Part shown: positions 30,616-40,324 of the stretch, piece after piece
Numbering within the stretch: position 1 is the stretch's first letter
How the letters are laid out: every line of letters begins with the position of its first letter
Source: Myxococcota bacterium
Lineage (GTDB): Bacteria > Myxococcota_A > UBA796 > UBA2385
Assembly: GCA_044344255.1 (NCBI GenBank)
Contig: JBIJDH010000017.1
Location: 64,001-128,000, forward strand
Direction of reading: 5' to 3'
Length of the DNA stretch: 64,000 nucleotides
Program-made: the position numbers and the translations under genes
Notes under the pieces: model-generated
Databases searched by the model: none
The model's input: the letters and a program-made list of their open reading frames with translations, nothing else
What the model was told of the DNA's origin: nothing

Positions 30616-32361
30616 TCAGGCCCCGGCGAACTGCCGCTCGACGAGGCGCCGGTAGAGGCCGTCCACGGCGACAAGCTCATCGTGGGTGCCCTGCTGGACG
30701 GCCTTGCCCCCGTCGAGCACCACCACCCGATCGGCGTCCCGCACCGTGCTCAGCCGGTGCGCGATGACCACCGTCGTGCGGCCCTTCATCAGCCGATCGA
30801 GGGCGTCCTGGACGAGGTGCTCGCTCTCGGCGTCGAGCGCGCTCGTCGCCTCGTCGAGCACGAGCACCCGCGGGTCCTTGAGGAGGGCCCGCGCGATGGC
30901 CACCCGCTGCTTCTGTCCACCGGACAGCCGAACGCCTCGCTCGCCCACGAGGGTCTTGTAGCCCTCCGGGAAGGCCGAGATGAACTCGTGGGCGTTAGCG
31001 GCCCGCGCCGCGTCCATCACGTCGGCGTCGGTGGCCTCGGGGCGACCGTAGCGGATGTTGTCGCCGATCGTCGTCGCGAAGAGGATGGGCTCCTGGGAGA
31101 CCACGCCCACCTGCTGGCGCAGCCAGTCGGGATCGAGGCTCGGATAGGGGCGGCCGTCGAGGGAGATCTGCCCGCCGATCGGATCGTAGAAGCGCGACAG
31201 CAGCGCCGCGACCGTAGACTTTCCGCCGCCGCTGGGGCCCACCAGCGCCACGACCTCGCCCGGGTGGAGGCGGAGGTCGAAGCCCTGCAGCACGCGCACA
31301 TCGGCGCGGGTCGGGTAGACGAAGTTCACCTGGTCGAAGACGACCTCGCCGCGCACCTCGCCGCCTCGCTCGGTGCCACCGCCCACCTTCGGCACGCGGT
31401 CGACCAGCTCGAAGACGCGCTCCGAGGCGCCGAGCGCCTTGCCGAAGTCCTCGAAGAGCCCGGCGAGGGCGACGATCGAGCCGCCGAGCATCATCGTGTA
31501 GAGGATGAAGCCGGTCAGGTCCTCGACCGAGAGCTGCCCGCTCGCCCGGAGCTGCCCGCCGTACCAGAGCAAGGCCGCCACCGCCGAGTAGAGCCCGATG
31601 CTGAGCCCGCCCTGGAAGAAGGCCCCGAGGATCGCCCGCAGTCGCGCGACCGAGTAGGACTCGTTCACCGCCGCGGCGTACCGCTCCGTCTCTTCGTCTT
31701 CTCGCGCGAAGGCCCGCACGGTGCGCACGCCGGACAGCGTCTCTTCCGCGACGGACGAGGAGCGCGCGAGTGCGTCCTGCACCTGCCGGGAGACGCCGCG
31801 GAGCCGCTTTCCGTACAGCGAGGCCCCGATCGCGAAGACCGGCACCACGGCGATCATCAGCAGAGACAGCCGCCAAGAGGTGAAGAAGAGGATGGCGAGT
31901 GAGCCGATCGAGGAGATCGTGAAGCGCAGCGCCATCGAGATGTTGACGGTGACCGCGTTCTGGAGGACCGAGGTGTCGCTCGCGAGGCGGTTGGTGAGCT
32001 CACCGGTGCGCTCGGCGTCAAAGAAGCCGATCTCCTGACGGATCAGGGAGGCGAAGAGGTCTCGGCGGAGGCGGGCCACCACCCGCTCCCCCGCCGTGGT
32101 GAACAGGTAAGCCCGCAAGGCGGCGAAGGCCCCGCTCACCACCGCGATGACCAGCGCGAAGATGACGATCTGGTTGACCTCGGCCGAGCCCGCCTCCCCC
32201 ACCACCTTGGCGATGAGCTTGCCCGCCACGCCGGGCATGATGAGCCCGACGCTGGAGCCCAGCAGGAGGGCGACGGTGCCCGCGGCGAGCCGCTTCTTTT
32301 CGGGGCCGGCGAGGGAGAGGAGGCGACGGAGCGAGCTCTTTTTGTCCATGGGCCGAACCAT
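30616..32361 (-). CDS. Fused ABC exporter permease/ATPase (ABCB/MsbA-like)
   Basis: TM domain, GPSGGGKST, LSGGQKQR, VLVLDEATSALD, IAHRLST. Start at 32361 or 32349. Confidence 0.93.
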   Translation of the reverse strand: MVRPMDKKSSLRRLLSLAGPEKKRLAAGTVALLLGSSVGLIMPGVAGKLIAKVVGEAGSAEVNQIVIFALVIAVVSGAFAALRAYLFTTAGERVVARLRRDLFASLIRQEIGFFDAERTGELTNRLASDTSVLQNAVTVNISMALRFTISSIGSLAILFFTSWRLSLLMIAVVPVFAIGASLYGKRLRGVSRQVQDALARSSSVAEETLSGVRTVRAFAREDEETERYAAAVNESYSVARLRAILGAFFQGGLSIGLYSAVAALLWYGGQLRASGQLSVEDLTGFILYTMMLGGSIVALAGLFEDFGKALGASERVFELVDRVPKVGGGTERGGEVRGEVVFDQVNFVYPTRADVRVLQGFDLRLHPGEVVALVGPSGGGKSTVAALLSRFYDPIGGQISLDGRPYPSLDPDWLRQQVGVVSQEPILFATTIGDNIRYGRPEATDADVMDAARAANAHEFISAFPEGYKTLVGERGVRLSGGQKQRVAIARALLKDPRVLVLDEATSALDAESEHLVQDALDRLMKGRTTVVIAHRLSTVRDADRVVVLDGGKAVQQGTHDELVAVDGLYRRLVERQFAGA

Positions 32362-32485
32362 GCTCCCCGAGCCGGCGCGGTCAAGGCGTGCGGCAGCGAA
32401 AATGACTGCCCGTCCCGTACAGCGGGCCACGCTCGCGGGTCTCAGGGTTAGGTCGCGAGGCCCCTCCACCGGGGCGCAACCCGAG

Positions 32486-34489
32486 GTGTGCGTGCGCCCG
32501 TCCCCTACCCTCCGCCGCCCGCGGCTCGCCCCTCTGGTCTGGCTGCTGCCCGTGTTCCTGGGATTGTTCGGCCTCGGTGGGGGCGCGGCGCCGGACACGC
32601 TGGTCGCCGCGCTGGTGCTCGACTTCCAGCAAGACGGCGTGGTGGTCGACCGCCCGGCCCTCGACGCCGCCTACGCCGCCGCCTGTACGGCGGGGCACCC
32701 CGTCGCCTGCGCGCCGCTCCAGTGGCACGGCCCCGAGGGCCTCGACCGCGCCCGCGCCCGCGCCACCTTTGACGCCGCCTGCGCCGCCGGGGATCCAGCC
32801 GCCTGCCTGGTTCCCGGCTGGCTCGACAGTCAGCTCGAGCTCGGCCTCAGCAATGTGGGCGCCCCGGCCCCCACCGCCGCCGTCACCCGCTTCCGCGGAC
32901 TCTGCGATCAAGGCCTCCCCCGCGCCTGCGCCGAGCTCGGCTACCTGCTGCGCGCCGGCACTGGCGTCGCGAAGGACCTCCCCGCCGCCCGGGCGCTGCT
33001 GGTGCGGGCCTGCGAGGACGGCGTGGGCAACGCCTGCACCTCGGTGGCGGCGCTCGAGGGCGAGGAGCCCGGCGCCGCCGGCGATCCCGCCGTGGCGCTG
33101 CGGCAGTTCGTGCGCGGCTGCAACCGGGGCGACCCCATCTCCTGCCACTCCGCGGGGCTCCTCCTCGAGGGCGGCGCCGACGGCGCCCCCGACCCGGGCC
33201 GCGCCCGCGCCTACTACGACCAGGCCTGCCAAGGCGGCCTGTCAAGCGCATGCATGGAGCTCGCCCTGCGCGGTCCCTCCGAGGCCCTCCCGGCCCTGCG
33301 GGAGCGGCTGCACAGCCTCAACGAGGCCGGCTGCGCCGCCGGCAACGACCGCGCCTGCGCCGACCTCTCCGAGATGCTCCTCGCTGGCTGGGCCAAGGGG
33401 GACGCTGACCTCGGCCGCGCCGAGGCGCTGCGCGACCGCGCCTGCGCCGCCCACGTCGCCAAGGCCTGCCGAGCGGCAGCCGACGCCGTGATGCAGAGCC
33501 GCAACCCCGACTTCGAGCGGGTCCGCGGCCTGCTCGACCAGGCCTGTCGCCAGGACGACGGCCCCGCCTGCGGGCGCCTCGGGGCGATGCGGCTGGCGAT
33601 GGCCGAGGCCGACCCCACCGCCACCGCGGAGGCGATCACCCTGACGGAGCGCGCCTGCAGCCTCGGCCACGCCCAGGCCTGCGTGGAGCGCGGCTGGATG
33701 TACCTGCGCGGCACCGGCGCCCCGGCGGACCCCGCCGCCGCCGAGCGGGCCTGGTCGAGCGCCTGCGAGCGCGGCGCCAGCGCCGGCTGCACCGCCCTTG
33801 CCCACGGCCTCGTCGGCGGTCTCCACGAGGGGCGGCCCGATCTGCCGAGCGCCCTCCCCCTCTTCGAGCAGGCCTGCCAGCAGGACGACCCCGCCGCTTG
33901 CACCGCGCTCGGCCAGCTCCACCAGCGCGGCATCGGCGTCCCCTACGACATGGCCGCCGCCACCGCCCTCTTCCAGCGGGCCTGCGCGGCCGGCGACGGC
34001 CTCGGCTGCGCCGACCTCGGCTGGTTCGTCGAGGTCGGCCTCACCGGCGCCCCCGACCTCGACACCGCCCGCCGCCTCTACCAGCAGTCCTGCAGCCTCG
34101 GCTCCGACAAGGGCTGCGCCCACTTCGCGATCAGCGCCAGCGCAGCCTTCGTCACCAGCCCCGAGGCCACCGAGGTCCTGAAGCGCGCCTGCCTGTCGCG
34201 CAGCGCCACCGGCTGCGCAGGGCTCGCCCGCCAGGAGCTCGACCACCCCCGCTCCCGCGAAGACCAGCAGGGCGCGATCGATCTCCTCGAGACCACCTGC
34301 TCGCTCCCGACCGCGATGCTCTGCCGCTGGGCGGACTGCGAGATCGAGTCCCCCCTCGCCTGCCGCTGGCTGGGCGAGGTCTACTGGGAGGGCGACGGCG
34401 TGCGGCGCAGCCACAAGAAGGCCCGCGGCTACTACGAGCGCGCCTGCCACATCGGTGACCCCGTCGCCTGCAACCGCCTCAGCCGCTGA
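32486..34489 (+). CDS. Sel1-like repeat, Cys-rich (HcpB/C-like) exported protein
   Basis: Many ACxxGxxxAC...LG...G.G...D...A repeats; hydrophobic N-terminal segment. Start uncertain (GTG 32486 or 32492). Confidence 0.85.
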   Translation: MCVRPSPTLRRPRLAPLVWLLPVFLGLFGLGGGAAPDTLVAALVLDFQQDGVVVDRPALDAAYAAACTAGHPVACAPLQWHGPEGLDRARARATFDAACAAGDPAACLVPGWLDSQLELGLSNVGAPAPTAAVTRFRGLCDQGLPRACAELGYLLRAGTGVAKDLPAARALLVRACEDGVGNACTSVAALEGEEPGAAGDPAVALRQFVRGCNRGDPISCHSAGLLLEGGADGAPDPGRARAYYDQACQGGLSSACMELALRGPSEALPALRERLHSLNEAGCAAGNDRACADLSEMLLAGWAKGDADLGRAEALRDRACAAHVAKACRAAADAVMQSRNPDFERVRGLLDQACRQDDGPACGRLGAMRLAMAEADPTATAEAITLTERACSLGHAQACVERGWMYLRGTGAPADPAAAERAWSSACERGASAGCTALAHGLVGGLHEGRPDLPSALPLFEQACQQDDPAACTALGQLHQRGIGVPYDMAAATALFQRACAAGDGLGCADLGWFVEVGLTGAPDLDTARRLYQQSCSLGSDKGCAHFAISASAAFVTSPEATEVLKRACLSRSATGCAGLARQELDHPRSREDQQGAIDLLETTCSLPTAMLCRWADCEIESPLACRWLGEVYWEGDGVRRSHKKARGYYERACHIGDPVACNRLSR

Positions 34490-34534
34490 GCGACCGCAGC
34501 GACACCGGCGACCCCCGCGACGCGGGCGAAGCAG
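34490..34534. repeat. 9-bp-phased GCGAC repeats between convergent genes
   Basis: gcgaccgca gcgacaccg gcgaccccc gcgacgcgg gcgaagcag. Confidence 0.55.
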
Positions 34535-34540
34535 GCGCGC

Positions 34541-36187
34541 TCACCAGCGAGGCAGCGCCGCGTCACAGCCGCCAAGGTAGGGCAGCCGGCTCCGCGGGGC
34601 CCGCGCTCGCCGCGCGGCCGAGGCCCCGCCGAGCGTCTCCGCCTCCGAGAGGCCCTCCGTCGCCTCCGCGGCGGCGACAGCCATCTCAAGGAAGAGCACG
34701 GGGTCGATGTTGTCGGTCGTGTCACAGGCCTGATGATAGCAGGCGTCCAGCGCCTCACCGGCCTCCCCGCCGTAGGTCTCCGCCTCGGCGCCGCTCTTCC
34801 GCTGCTCCGCCCCCGTGAAGAGGCCGCCCGCCGGCACCCCCGCGAGGATGAAGGGCCCGTAGTCGGAGCGCCCGTCAAAGGCGGTGGGGCCCCAGGCGAG
34901 CCCGGCGGCGTCCAGGGAGCCGGTGAGCAGAGCCTCGAGCGCGGCGCTGCCCTCGGGGGGCGGGTAGCCGTCGAGCTCGGCCGAGCCGTCGCCGTCGTAG
35001 ACGAAGCGGGCGCCGTTCGGGCTGGCCACCATGTCGAAGTTGAGGTTGCCGAGGTGGAGCGCGAGCGCGTCGTCGGTGAGGGACTCGACATAGGCGAAGG
35101 AGCCGAGCAGGCCAAGCTCCTCACCGCCCCAGAAGGCGAAGCGCTGGGTGTTGCGCCCGGCCGCGCCCTCGTCCAGCCGAGCGGCGCTGGCCAGGGCCAG
35201 CTCCAGCACGAGGGCCGTCCCCGAGCCGTTGTCGTTGATGCCCGGCCCCGCGGTGACGCTGTCGAGGTGGCCACCGATGATGCCGAGCTCGGGCCGCGCC
35301 CCGGGGACATCGACCCACAGGTTCTCGGTGGGCTCGCGGCTGGTCTCGGTCGCGGCCTCGACGGTGACCTGGAGGGTGCCAGCGGCGAGCTCGGCGATCA
35401 GGGCCTCGCCGAGGGCGGTGGTGGCGGCGAGGGTGGGGAGCCCCGCCTCGCTGTCCATCGAGCCCCCGAAGAGCCCGCTGCGGTCGGCCTGCCCCTCGTT
35501 GAAGATCACGACGGCGACCGCGCCTGCGGCCTTCGCGGCCTCGACCTTCTCGCTGAAGGTGCAGCCCCCGCGCTGAAGCAGCGCGACGCCGCCCGCCGGG
35601 AAGGCCGCGAAGTCAGCCGCCTCGCAGCCGCTGTTGGTGCTGTTCTCACCGCCGGGAGGCGGCAGCACCACGTCGACGGCGACCAGCGGCCCGCTGGCGA
35701 GGCCGGGCGGGGTCCCTCGCAGGTGCCCGAAGTCTGACCCCGCGACGAAGGGCCCGCCGCGCTCCGGCTCGAGCCGGGCCTCGCCCACCTCCCGCCAGGT
35801 GGTGATGTCGAAGCCCTGCCGCACGGGAGACAGCCCGGCGGCGAGGAGCTCCGCCTCCACCCAGTCGAGCGAGGCCCGGTGCCCCGCGGTGGCCGCCGAG
35901 CGGTTGCCCGCGTTCGTGTCGGCGATGGCCTGCAGGGCGTCGAGGTGGCCGAGCAGGCGGTCGATGTCCATCCGCGCGGCGAGCGAGGCCACGGGGGCGG
36001 TGTCCTCGCCCCCCCCGGAGTCGGCCGGCGCGGCGCTGTCCCCGGCGCCCGCCCCGTCGCTCCCTTTGGAGCCGGGACCTTCACCCCCCGAGCACGCGAG
36101 GAGCCCGAGGGCGAGGGCGGTCGAGGCCCGCCGAGCCGTTCGAGGGGGGAGGAGCGGAGACGAGGGGAAGGCGAGGCGCGTGCGCAT
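34541..36187 (-). CDS. M28 family aminopeptidase with PA domain, lipoprotein
   Basis: Lipobox LLAC; PA domain SGCEAADF...QRGGCTF; GGHLDSV, GINDNGSG, GEELGLLGS, NFDM, RSDY, CYHQACD. Confidence 0.92.
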   Translation of the reverse strand: MRTRLAFPSSPLLPPRTARRASTALALGLLACSGGEGPGSKGSDGAGAGDSAAPADSGGGEDTAPVASLAARMDIDRLLGHLDALQAIADTNAGNRSAATAGHRASLDWVEAELLAAGLSPVRQGFDITTWREVGEARLEPERGGPFVAGSDFGHLRGTPPGLASGPLVAVDVVLPPPGGENSTNSGCEAADFAAFPAGGVALLQRGGCTFSEKVEAAKAAGAVAVVIFNEGQADRSGLFGGSMDSEAGLPTLAATTALGEALIAELAAGTLQVTVEAATETSREPTENLWVDVPGARPELGIIGGHLDSVTAGPGINDNGSGTALVLELALASAARLDEGAAGRNTQRFAFWGGEELGLLGSFAYVESLTDDALALHLGNLNFDMVASPNGARFVYDGDGSAELDGYPPPEGSAALEALLTGSLDAAGLAWGPTAFDGRSDYGPFILAGVPAGGLFTGAEQRKSGAEAETYGGEAGEALDACYHQACDTTDNIDPVLFLEMAVAAAEATEGLSEAETLGGASAARRARAPRSRLPYLGGCDAALPRW

Positions 36188-36224
36188 GCCCTCACCTACC
36201 GCGGCGGCCGGCACCGGGGAGGGC

Positions 36225-36248
36225 GGCAGCGGCAGCGGCAGCGGCAGC
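36225..36248. repeat. (GGCAGC)4 microsatellite in divergent promoter region
   Basis: Four exact hexamers between the M28 and TonB receptor starts. Confidence 0.75.
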
Positions 36249-36291
36249 GGTGCGCGCGGTCGGCCCGACGGCGGGCGGCGCGCGGCCACCT

Positions 36292-36306
36292 GCGACATCA
36301 TGTCGC
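36292..36306. promoter_or_regulatory. RegA/PrrA/RegR-type binding site GCGAC-N5-GTCGC
   Basis: GCGACATCATGTCGC inverted repeat 36 bp upstream of the TonB receptor start. It matches the RegR-box form GCGGC-N5-GTCGC, and a RegA-like regulator lies at the end of the operon. Confidence 0.7.
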
Positions 36307-36342
36307 GTGGACTGCGCAGGCAGGCCGATCGTAGGAGGCGCT

Positions 36343-38334
36343 GTGGACGCCGCCGATCCAGCCCCCGCCCCCGAATCCGCAGAGGTGGTCGCCGCAGAGG
36401 TGGACGCCACAGAGGTGGACGCCACAGAGGTGGACGCAACAGAGGTGGTGGTCGAGGCCCGACGAAGGGAGGGCTCAGCCACCGATCGGACCCTCGACCG
36501 CGCGGCCATCGAGGCCATGCCGGGCCGCTCCGCCGACGACCTTCTCCGCGCCATGCCAGGCATGCACATCTCCGCCCACGGCGGCCATGGCAAGGCCTAC
36601 CAGTTCTTCCTCCGCGGCTTCGACGCCGTGCATGGCTCGGACATCGCCGTCTCCCTGGAAGGGGTGCCCCTGAACGAGGTCTCGAACGTCCACGGGCACG
36701 GCTACCTCGATCTGCACTTCATCCCGCCGATCCTCGTGCGCGGCCTCACGCTCTCCCCCGGCACCTGGAGGGCGGATGTGGGCGACTTCGCCGTGGCCGG
36801 CTCCGCCGACCTCTCCCTCGGCCTGGAGGAGGCCGGCGGACAGGCCTGGATCGGTGGGGGCACCGACCGGAGCGGCACAGGGACGCTCGCCTGGCGGCCC
36901 GCGCGCTCACGACCCGGGACCTTCCTCGTCGCCGACGTCGATCTCGGGCAGGGCGTGGGCGAGGCCCGCGCCTGGCGACAGGCCCGCGCAGGTGCCGGCT
37001 GGCAAGGGAGCCTCGGGGAGCTCGAGACGCGGGCATACCTGCTCGCCTACGACGGGGTCTTCGAGTCGCCGGGCGTGCTGCGTGAGGATGATCTCGCCGC
37101 GGGGGCGGTAGACTTCACCGACGCCTACCCGGGGGCGGGCGGGGGAGCCTCCCGCCGCCTCCTGGGGACCGCGATCGCCTCGGGCGGCGACCGCCTGCTG
37201 TGGCGGCTCAGCCTCTACGGCGGGTGGCGGGAGCTCCGGCTCGTCCAGAACTACACCGGTTACTACGGTGACACCGAGCATGGCGACGGCAGCGCACAGT
37301 CGCATGCGGCCGGCCTCGCCGGGGCCCGGCTGGAGGGGGGCTGGGCGGGGCCCGCCGGGCTCGCCCTCAAGGGAGGCCTCGACGGGCGGGGGGACCTCTT
37401 CACCCAGACCGAGGAGGGGGTCCTGCCGGATGGCGAGGTCTGGGAGCGCCGCTTTGAGACCGAGGCCCGGCAGGCCGATCTGGGTGTCTGGCTCGCCGCA
37501 CCCTGGTCGCCCGTCGGCTGGCTCCGCCTGGAGCCGGGTCTGCGCGCGGAGCTCCTCCTCGTCAAACCGGAGGCCGCGGCGGACGGCCTCGCCTGGGCCC
37601 CCGTCCTGGCGCCGAAGGCGGCGCTCAGCCTCTCTCCGGACGGGCCCGTCACCGGCTTCGCATCCTACGGCAGGGGCTTCCGCTCCCCCGAGGCCCGCGG
37701 CACCGAGGCCGGGGAGGTGGCCCCGGTGGCCCTCTCCGACTCGGGCGAGCTCGGGGCCCGCGCGCGGCCCACGGACTGGCTGGAGCTCCGAGCGGCGGGC
37801 TTCGCCACGCTCATCTCCGACGAGATCCTCTTCGACCACGCCGCCGCACGTTTCCTCGCGACCGGTGGCACGCGGCGCCTCGGCATCGACAGCGGGGCGA
37901 CGCTGCGGCCCATCGAGCCCCTGCGGGTGGAGGCCGACCTCACCTGGTCGGAGGGCAGCTACGTCGCCACCGACGAGCCCATCCCCTACGCGCCGCGCCT
38001 GCTCGTCGTAGGCGGGGTCTACACCGACCACCTGCCCGCCGGCCCCCTGCGCCTCACGCTGGGGCTCCGGGGCTGGCTGCTCGGCCCCCGTCCCCTGCCC
38101 GGGGGCTTCTCCAGCCACCGCACAGGGGTGCTCGATCTCTCGACCCGCACCGACTGGCAGCGGTGGAGCCTCGACCTCGACGTGGACAATGTTCTGGGCA
38201 CCGACTGGAAGGATGGGGAATTCATCTTCCCGTCCCACTGGGATCTCAAGGAGCCCCGGAGCGAGCTGCCGGCGCGCCAGTTCACCGCTGGCGCCCCGCG
38301 GGTCGCCCGCCTCTCGATGGGAAGGAGCTTCTGA
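36343..38334 (+). CDS. TonB-dependent receptor
   Basis: AGGAGG RBS then GTG at 36343; TonB-box-like EVVVEARR; plug LLRAMPG...HGGHGKAYQFFLRGFDAVHGSD...GYLDLHFIPP; barrel ending in F. Confidence 0.88.
   Translation: MDAADPAPAPESAEVVAAEVDATEVDATEVDATEVVVEARRREGSATDRTLDRAAIEAMPGRSADDLLRAMPGMHISAHGGHGKAYQFFLRGFDAVHGSDIAVSLEGVPLNEVSNVHGHGYLDLHFIPPILVRGLTLSPGTWRADVGDFAVAGSADLSLGLEEAGGQAWIGGGTDRSGTGTLAWRPARSRPGTFLVADVDLGQGVGEARAWRQARAGAGWQGSLGELETRAYLLAYDGVFESPGVLREDDLAAGAVDFTDAYPGAGGGASRRLLGTAIASGGDRLLWRLSLYGGWRELRLVQNYTGYYGDTEHGDGSAQSHAAGLAGARLEGGWAGPAGLALKGGLDGRGDLFTQTEEGVLPDGEVWERRFETEARQADLGVWLAAPWSPVGWLRLEPGLRAELLLVKPEAAADGLAWAPVLAPKAALSLSPDGPVTGFASYGRGFRSPEARGTEAGEVAPVALSDSGELGARARPTDWLELRAAGFATLISDEILFDHAAARFLATGGTRRLGIDSGATLRPIEPLRVEADLTWSEGSYVATDEPIPYAPRLLVVGGVYTDHLPAGPLRLTLGLRGWLLGPRPLPGGFSSHRTGVLDLSTRTDWQRWSLDLDVDNVLGTDWKDGEFIFPSHWDLKEPRSELPARQFTAGAPRVARLSMGRSF
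36380..36450 (+). repeat. 15-bp tandem repeat CAGAGGTGGACGCCA (~4.7 copies) encoding EVDAT
   Basis: Units at 36380, 36395, 36410, 36425 and a partial unit at 36440. Confidence 0.85.
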
Positions 38335-39008
38335 TGGTCCTCTTGCTGCCGGTCCTCTTCCTGCTCGTCGCCTGCGGCGCCGAAGATCCCGCGCTGCTCT
38401 CCGTCCCCGTGACCTTTCGTGCGGCGGGTGACGAGGTCACCCCGGCGGAGGGGGTGGTCCTCCTCCTCAACGAGGCCACCCTCAGCCTCTCCGACCTCCG
38501 CCTGGAGGCGCCCGCGGAGACCGCCATAAGCTGGTCGCTCATCCCCGCGGCCCACGCCCACCCCGGCCACGACTTCGCCGGAGACGTGGCCGGCGAGCTC
38601 ACCGGCACCTGGACCCTCAATCTGATCGGGGAGGACCTCCGCCTCGGCGAGGCCGCCTGCTACGAGGGCGACTACGCCACCGGGCGCCTTACTGTGCTTC
38701 CCGAGCCCGTCGCGCGCCTCGCAGGCACCGCCACCCTGGGCGGCACGACCCTCCCCTTCCTCTTCGAGCTCGCCCCCGACCAGGAGATCACCGGCCTCTC
38801 CTTCGGGGCCGAGATGTCGGCCGATGAGCCGCTTGGCGGGATCGGGCTCGGCGTGGACCTCGCCCACATCTTCTCCTTCGTCGACTGGCAAGAGGGAGAC
38901 ACCGACGGCGACGGCACCCTCACCGTCTCCGACGGCACCTTCGGCAACACCCTCCTATTCGGCCTGGTCGCCACCCCCACCTGGACCATCCGCCTGGAGC
39001 AACCATGA
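38334..39008 (+). CDS. Lipoprotein with His-rich motif (AHAHPGH), putative metal-binding
   Basis: ATG overlaps the receptor stop (TGATG); lipobox LVAC; AAHAHPGHDFAGDVAGEL. Confidence 0.78.
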   Translation: MVLLLPVLFLLVACGAEDPALLSVPVTFRAAGDEVTPAEGVVLLLNEATLSLSDLRLEAPAETAISWSLIPAAHAHPGHDFAGDVAGELTGTWTLNLIGEDLRLGEAACYEGDYATGRLTVLPEPVARLAGTATLGGTTLPFLFELAPDQEITGLSFGAEMSADEPLGGIGLGVDLAHIFSFVDWQEGDTDGDGTLTVSDGTFGNTLLFGLVATPTWTIRLEQP

Positions 39009-39038
39009 CTGGAGCAACCATGACTGGAGCAGCCATGA
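38994..39038 (+). repeat. 15-bp tandem repeat CTGGAGCAACCATGA x3, each with RBS + ATG + overlapping TGA
   Basis: Copies at 38994, 39009 and 39024 (the last with one mismatch); in-frame ATGs at 39005, 39020 and 39035. Confidence 0.9.
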
Positions 39039-39769
39039 ACCGACTTTCAACCTACCCTCTCTTCCTCCTCCTCAGCGCATGCGGCAGCGGCACCTGGACG
39101 GTCAACACCTGGGGCGAGGACTATATCGAAGAGACCATCCCCGCTGACATCTTCGAGGATGGCTGCTCGGTCACCTACGACCGCTTCGAGGTGGCGCTCA
39201 GCGACGTGGCCCTCCTGGACGGCGACGGCGAGGAGGTGGGCACCATCGACGGGGAGCACATCTTTGACCTCACCGAGGTCGGCCCCCAGGAGGTCGGCTC
39301 CGTAGACGTGCCCGCCACCCACTACGCCAATTCGCGTTTCTCCATCTCCCCCTCGGACGCGCTCGACGGACAGTCGGTCGTGACCGCAGGGACGCTGGAG
39401 TGCGGAGGGGCGGCGGTCACCTTCGACTGGACCTTCGCGACCGACACCACCTACGCGTGCGCGCCCGCCGACCTCACCATTCCCAAAGGCGGAGAGGACG
39501 ACACCCAGTACACGATCCACGGAGACCACCTGTTTTACGACGGCCTCGAGAACCCGGACGCCGTGGTCCGCGGACTGGCCATCTTCGAGTCGGACGCCGA
39601 CGGAGACGGGAAGGTCACAATGGCGGAGCTCGACGCGGTCTCGGTGGCCCCGCTCGGCTACGAGGTCGGCCAGTACAGCGCGGTCACCACCCTCGGCGAC
39701 TTCGTGGCCTTCCTCACGCAGACCCTCGGTCATGTCGACGGAGAGGGCCACTGCCAGGTGGATCTGTAG
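39035..39769 (+). CDS. Lipoprotein, putative metal-binding
   Basis: Lipobox LSAC; TIHGDHLFYD, EF-hand-like DADGDGKVTMAEL, C-terminal HVDGEGHC. Alternative starts at 39005 and 39020. Confidence 0.78.
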   Translation: MNRLSTYPLFLLLSACGSGTWTVNTWGEDYIEETIPADIFEDGCSVTYDRFEVALSDVALLDGDGEEVGTIDGEHIFDLTEVGPQEVGSVDVPATHYANSRFSISPSDALDGQSVVTAGTLECGGAAVTFDWTFATDTTYACAPADLTIPKGGEDDTQYTIHGDHLFYDGLENPDAVVRGLAIFESDADGDGKVTMAELDAVSVAPLGYEVGQYSAVTTLGDFVAFLTQTLGHVDGEGHCQVDL

Positions 39770-39805
39770 CGCCCGAAGCTCGGCGCCGCCGCCTGCCCGA
39801 GGGGC

Positions 39806-40324
39806 TCAGCGAAGGGGCGGTAGCTTCTGTAGCTTGCGCTGGAGGGTCCGCCGATGGAGCCCGAGGCGCCGGGCGGCCTCGGAGATGTTGCCCCCGGTCG
39901 CGTCCAGCACCCGGTGGATGTGCTCGCGCTCCGCCTGATCGAGGGGCTCCATCGCCGGCTCTGTAACGGTCTCCTCGGCCCGTCGGAGTGCCTCCACGAG
40001 CTCGGCCGTGGAGATGGGCTTGGTGCGAAAGTCCACCGCCCCAGCCCGCATCGCCTCCACGGCGGTGGGGATGGTGCCATAGGCGGTGAGCACCACCGAC
40101 CGACAGGCGGGCGCCACCCGCCCCAGCGCGCGGACCACGTCAATCCCCGAGCCGTCGCCGAGGTTGAGATCGATGAGGGCGAGCTCCACCGGGCGTTCGG
40201 TCACCATCCGTGTGGCGGACTCCACCCCCTCCGCCTCGATCGGCTCGAAGCCCTCTCGGCGAAGGGCTCGACAGAGCGCGCCCCGATAGACCGCGTCGTC
40301 CTCCACCACCAGCACTGGGCTCAT
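39806..40324 (-). CDS. regA: RegA/PrrA/ActR-family response regulator
   Basis: VLVVEDD, DLNLGDGSG, LTAYGTIPTAVEAMRAGA, KP, EREHIHRVL...GNISEAARRLGLHRRTLQRKL. True start 40324 overlaps the kinase stop. Confidence 0.9.
   Translation of the reverse strand: MSPVLVVEDDAVYRGALCRALRREGFEPIEAEGVESATRMVTERPVELALIDLNLGDGSGIDVVRALGRVAPACRSVVLTAYGTIPTAVEAMRAGAVDFRTKPISTAELVEALRRAEETVTEPAMEPLDQAEREHIHRVLDATGGNISEAARRLGLHRRTLQRKLQKLPPLR

Noticed and set aside
32476..32502. ECF-sigma-like promoter (GCAACC-N17-CGTC) before the Sel1 gene
   Set aside because: Weak match that overlaps the candidate start codons; cannot be distinguished from chance.
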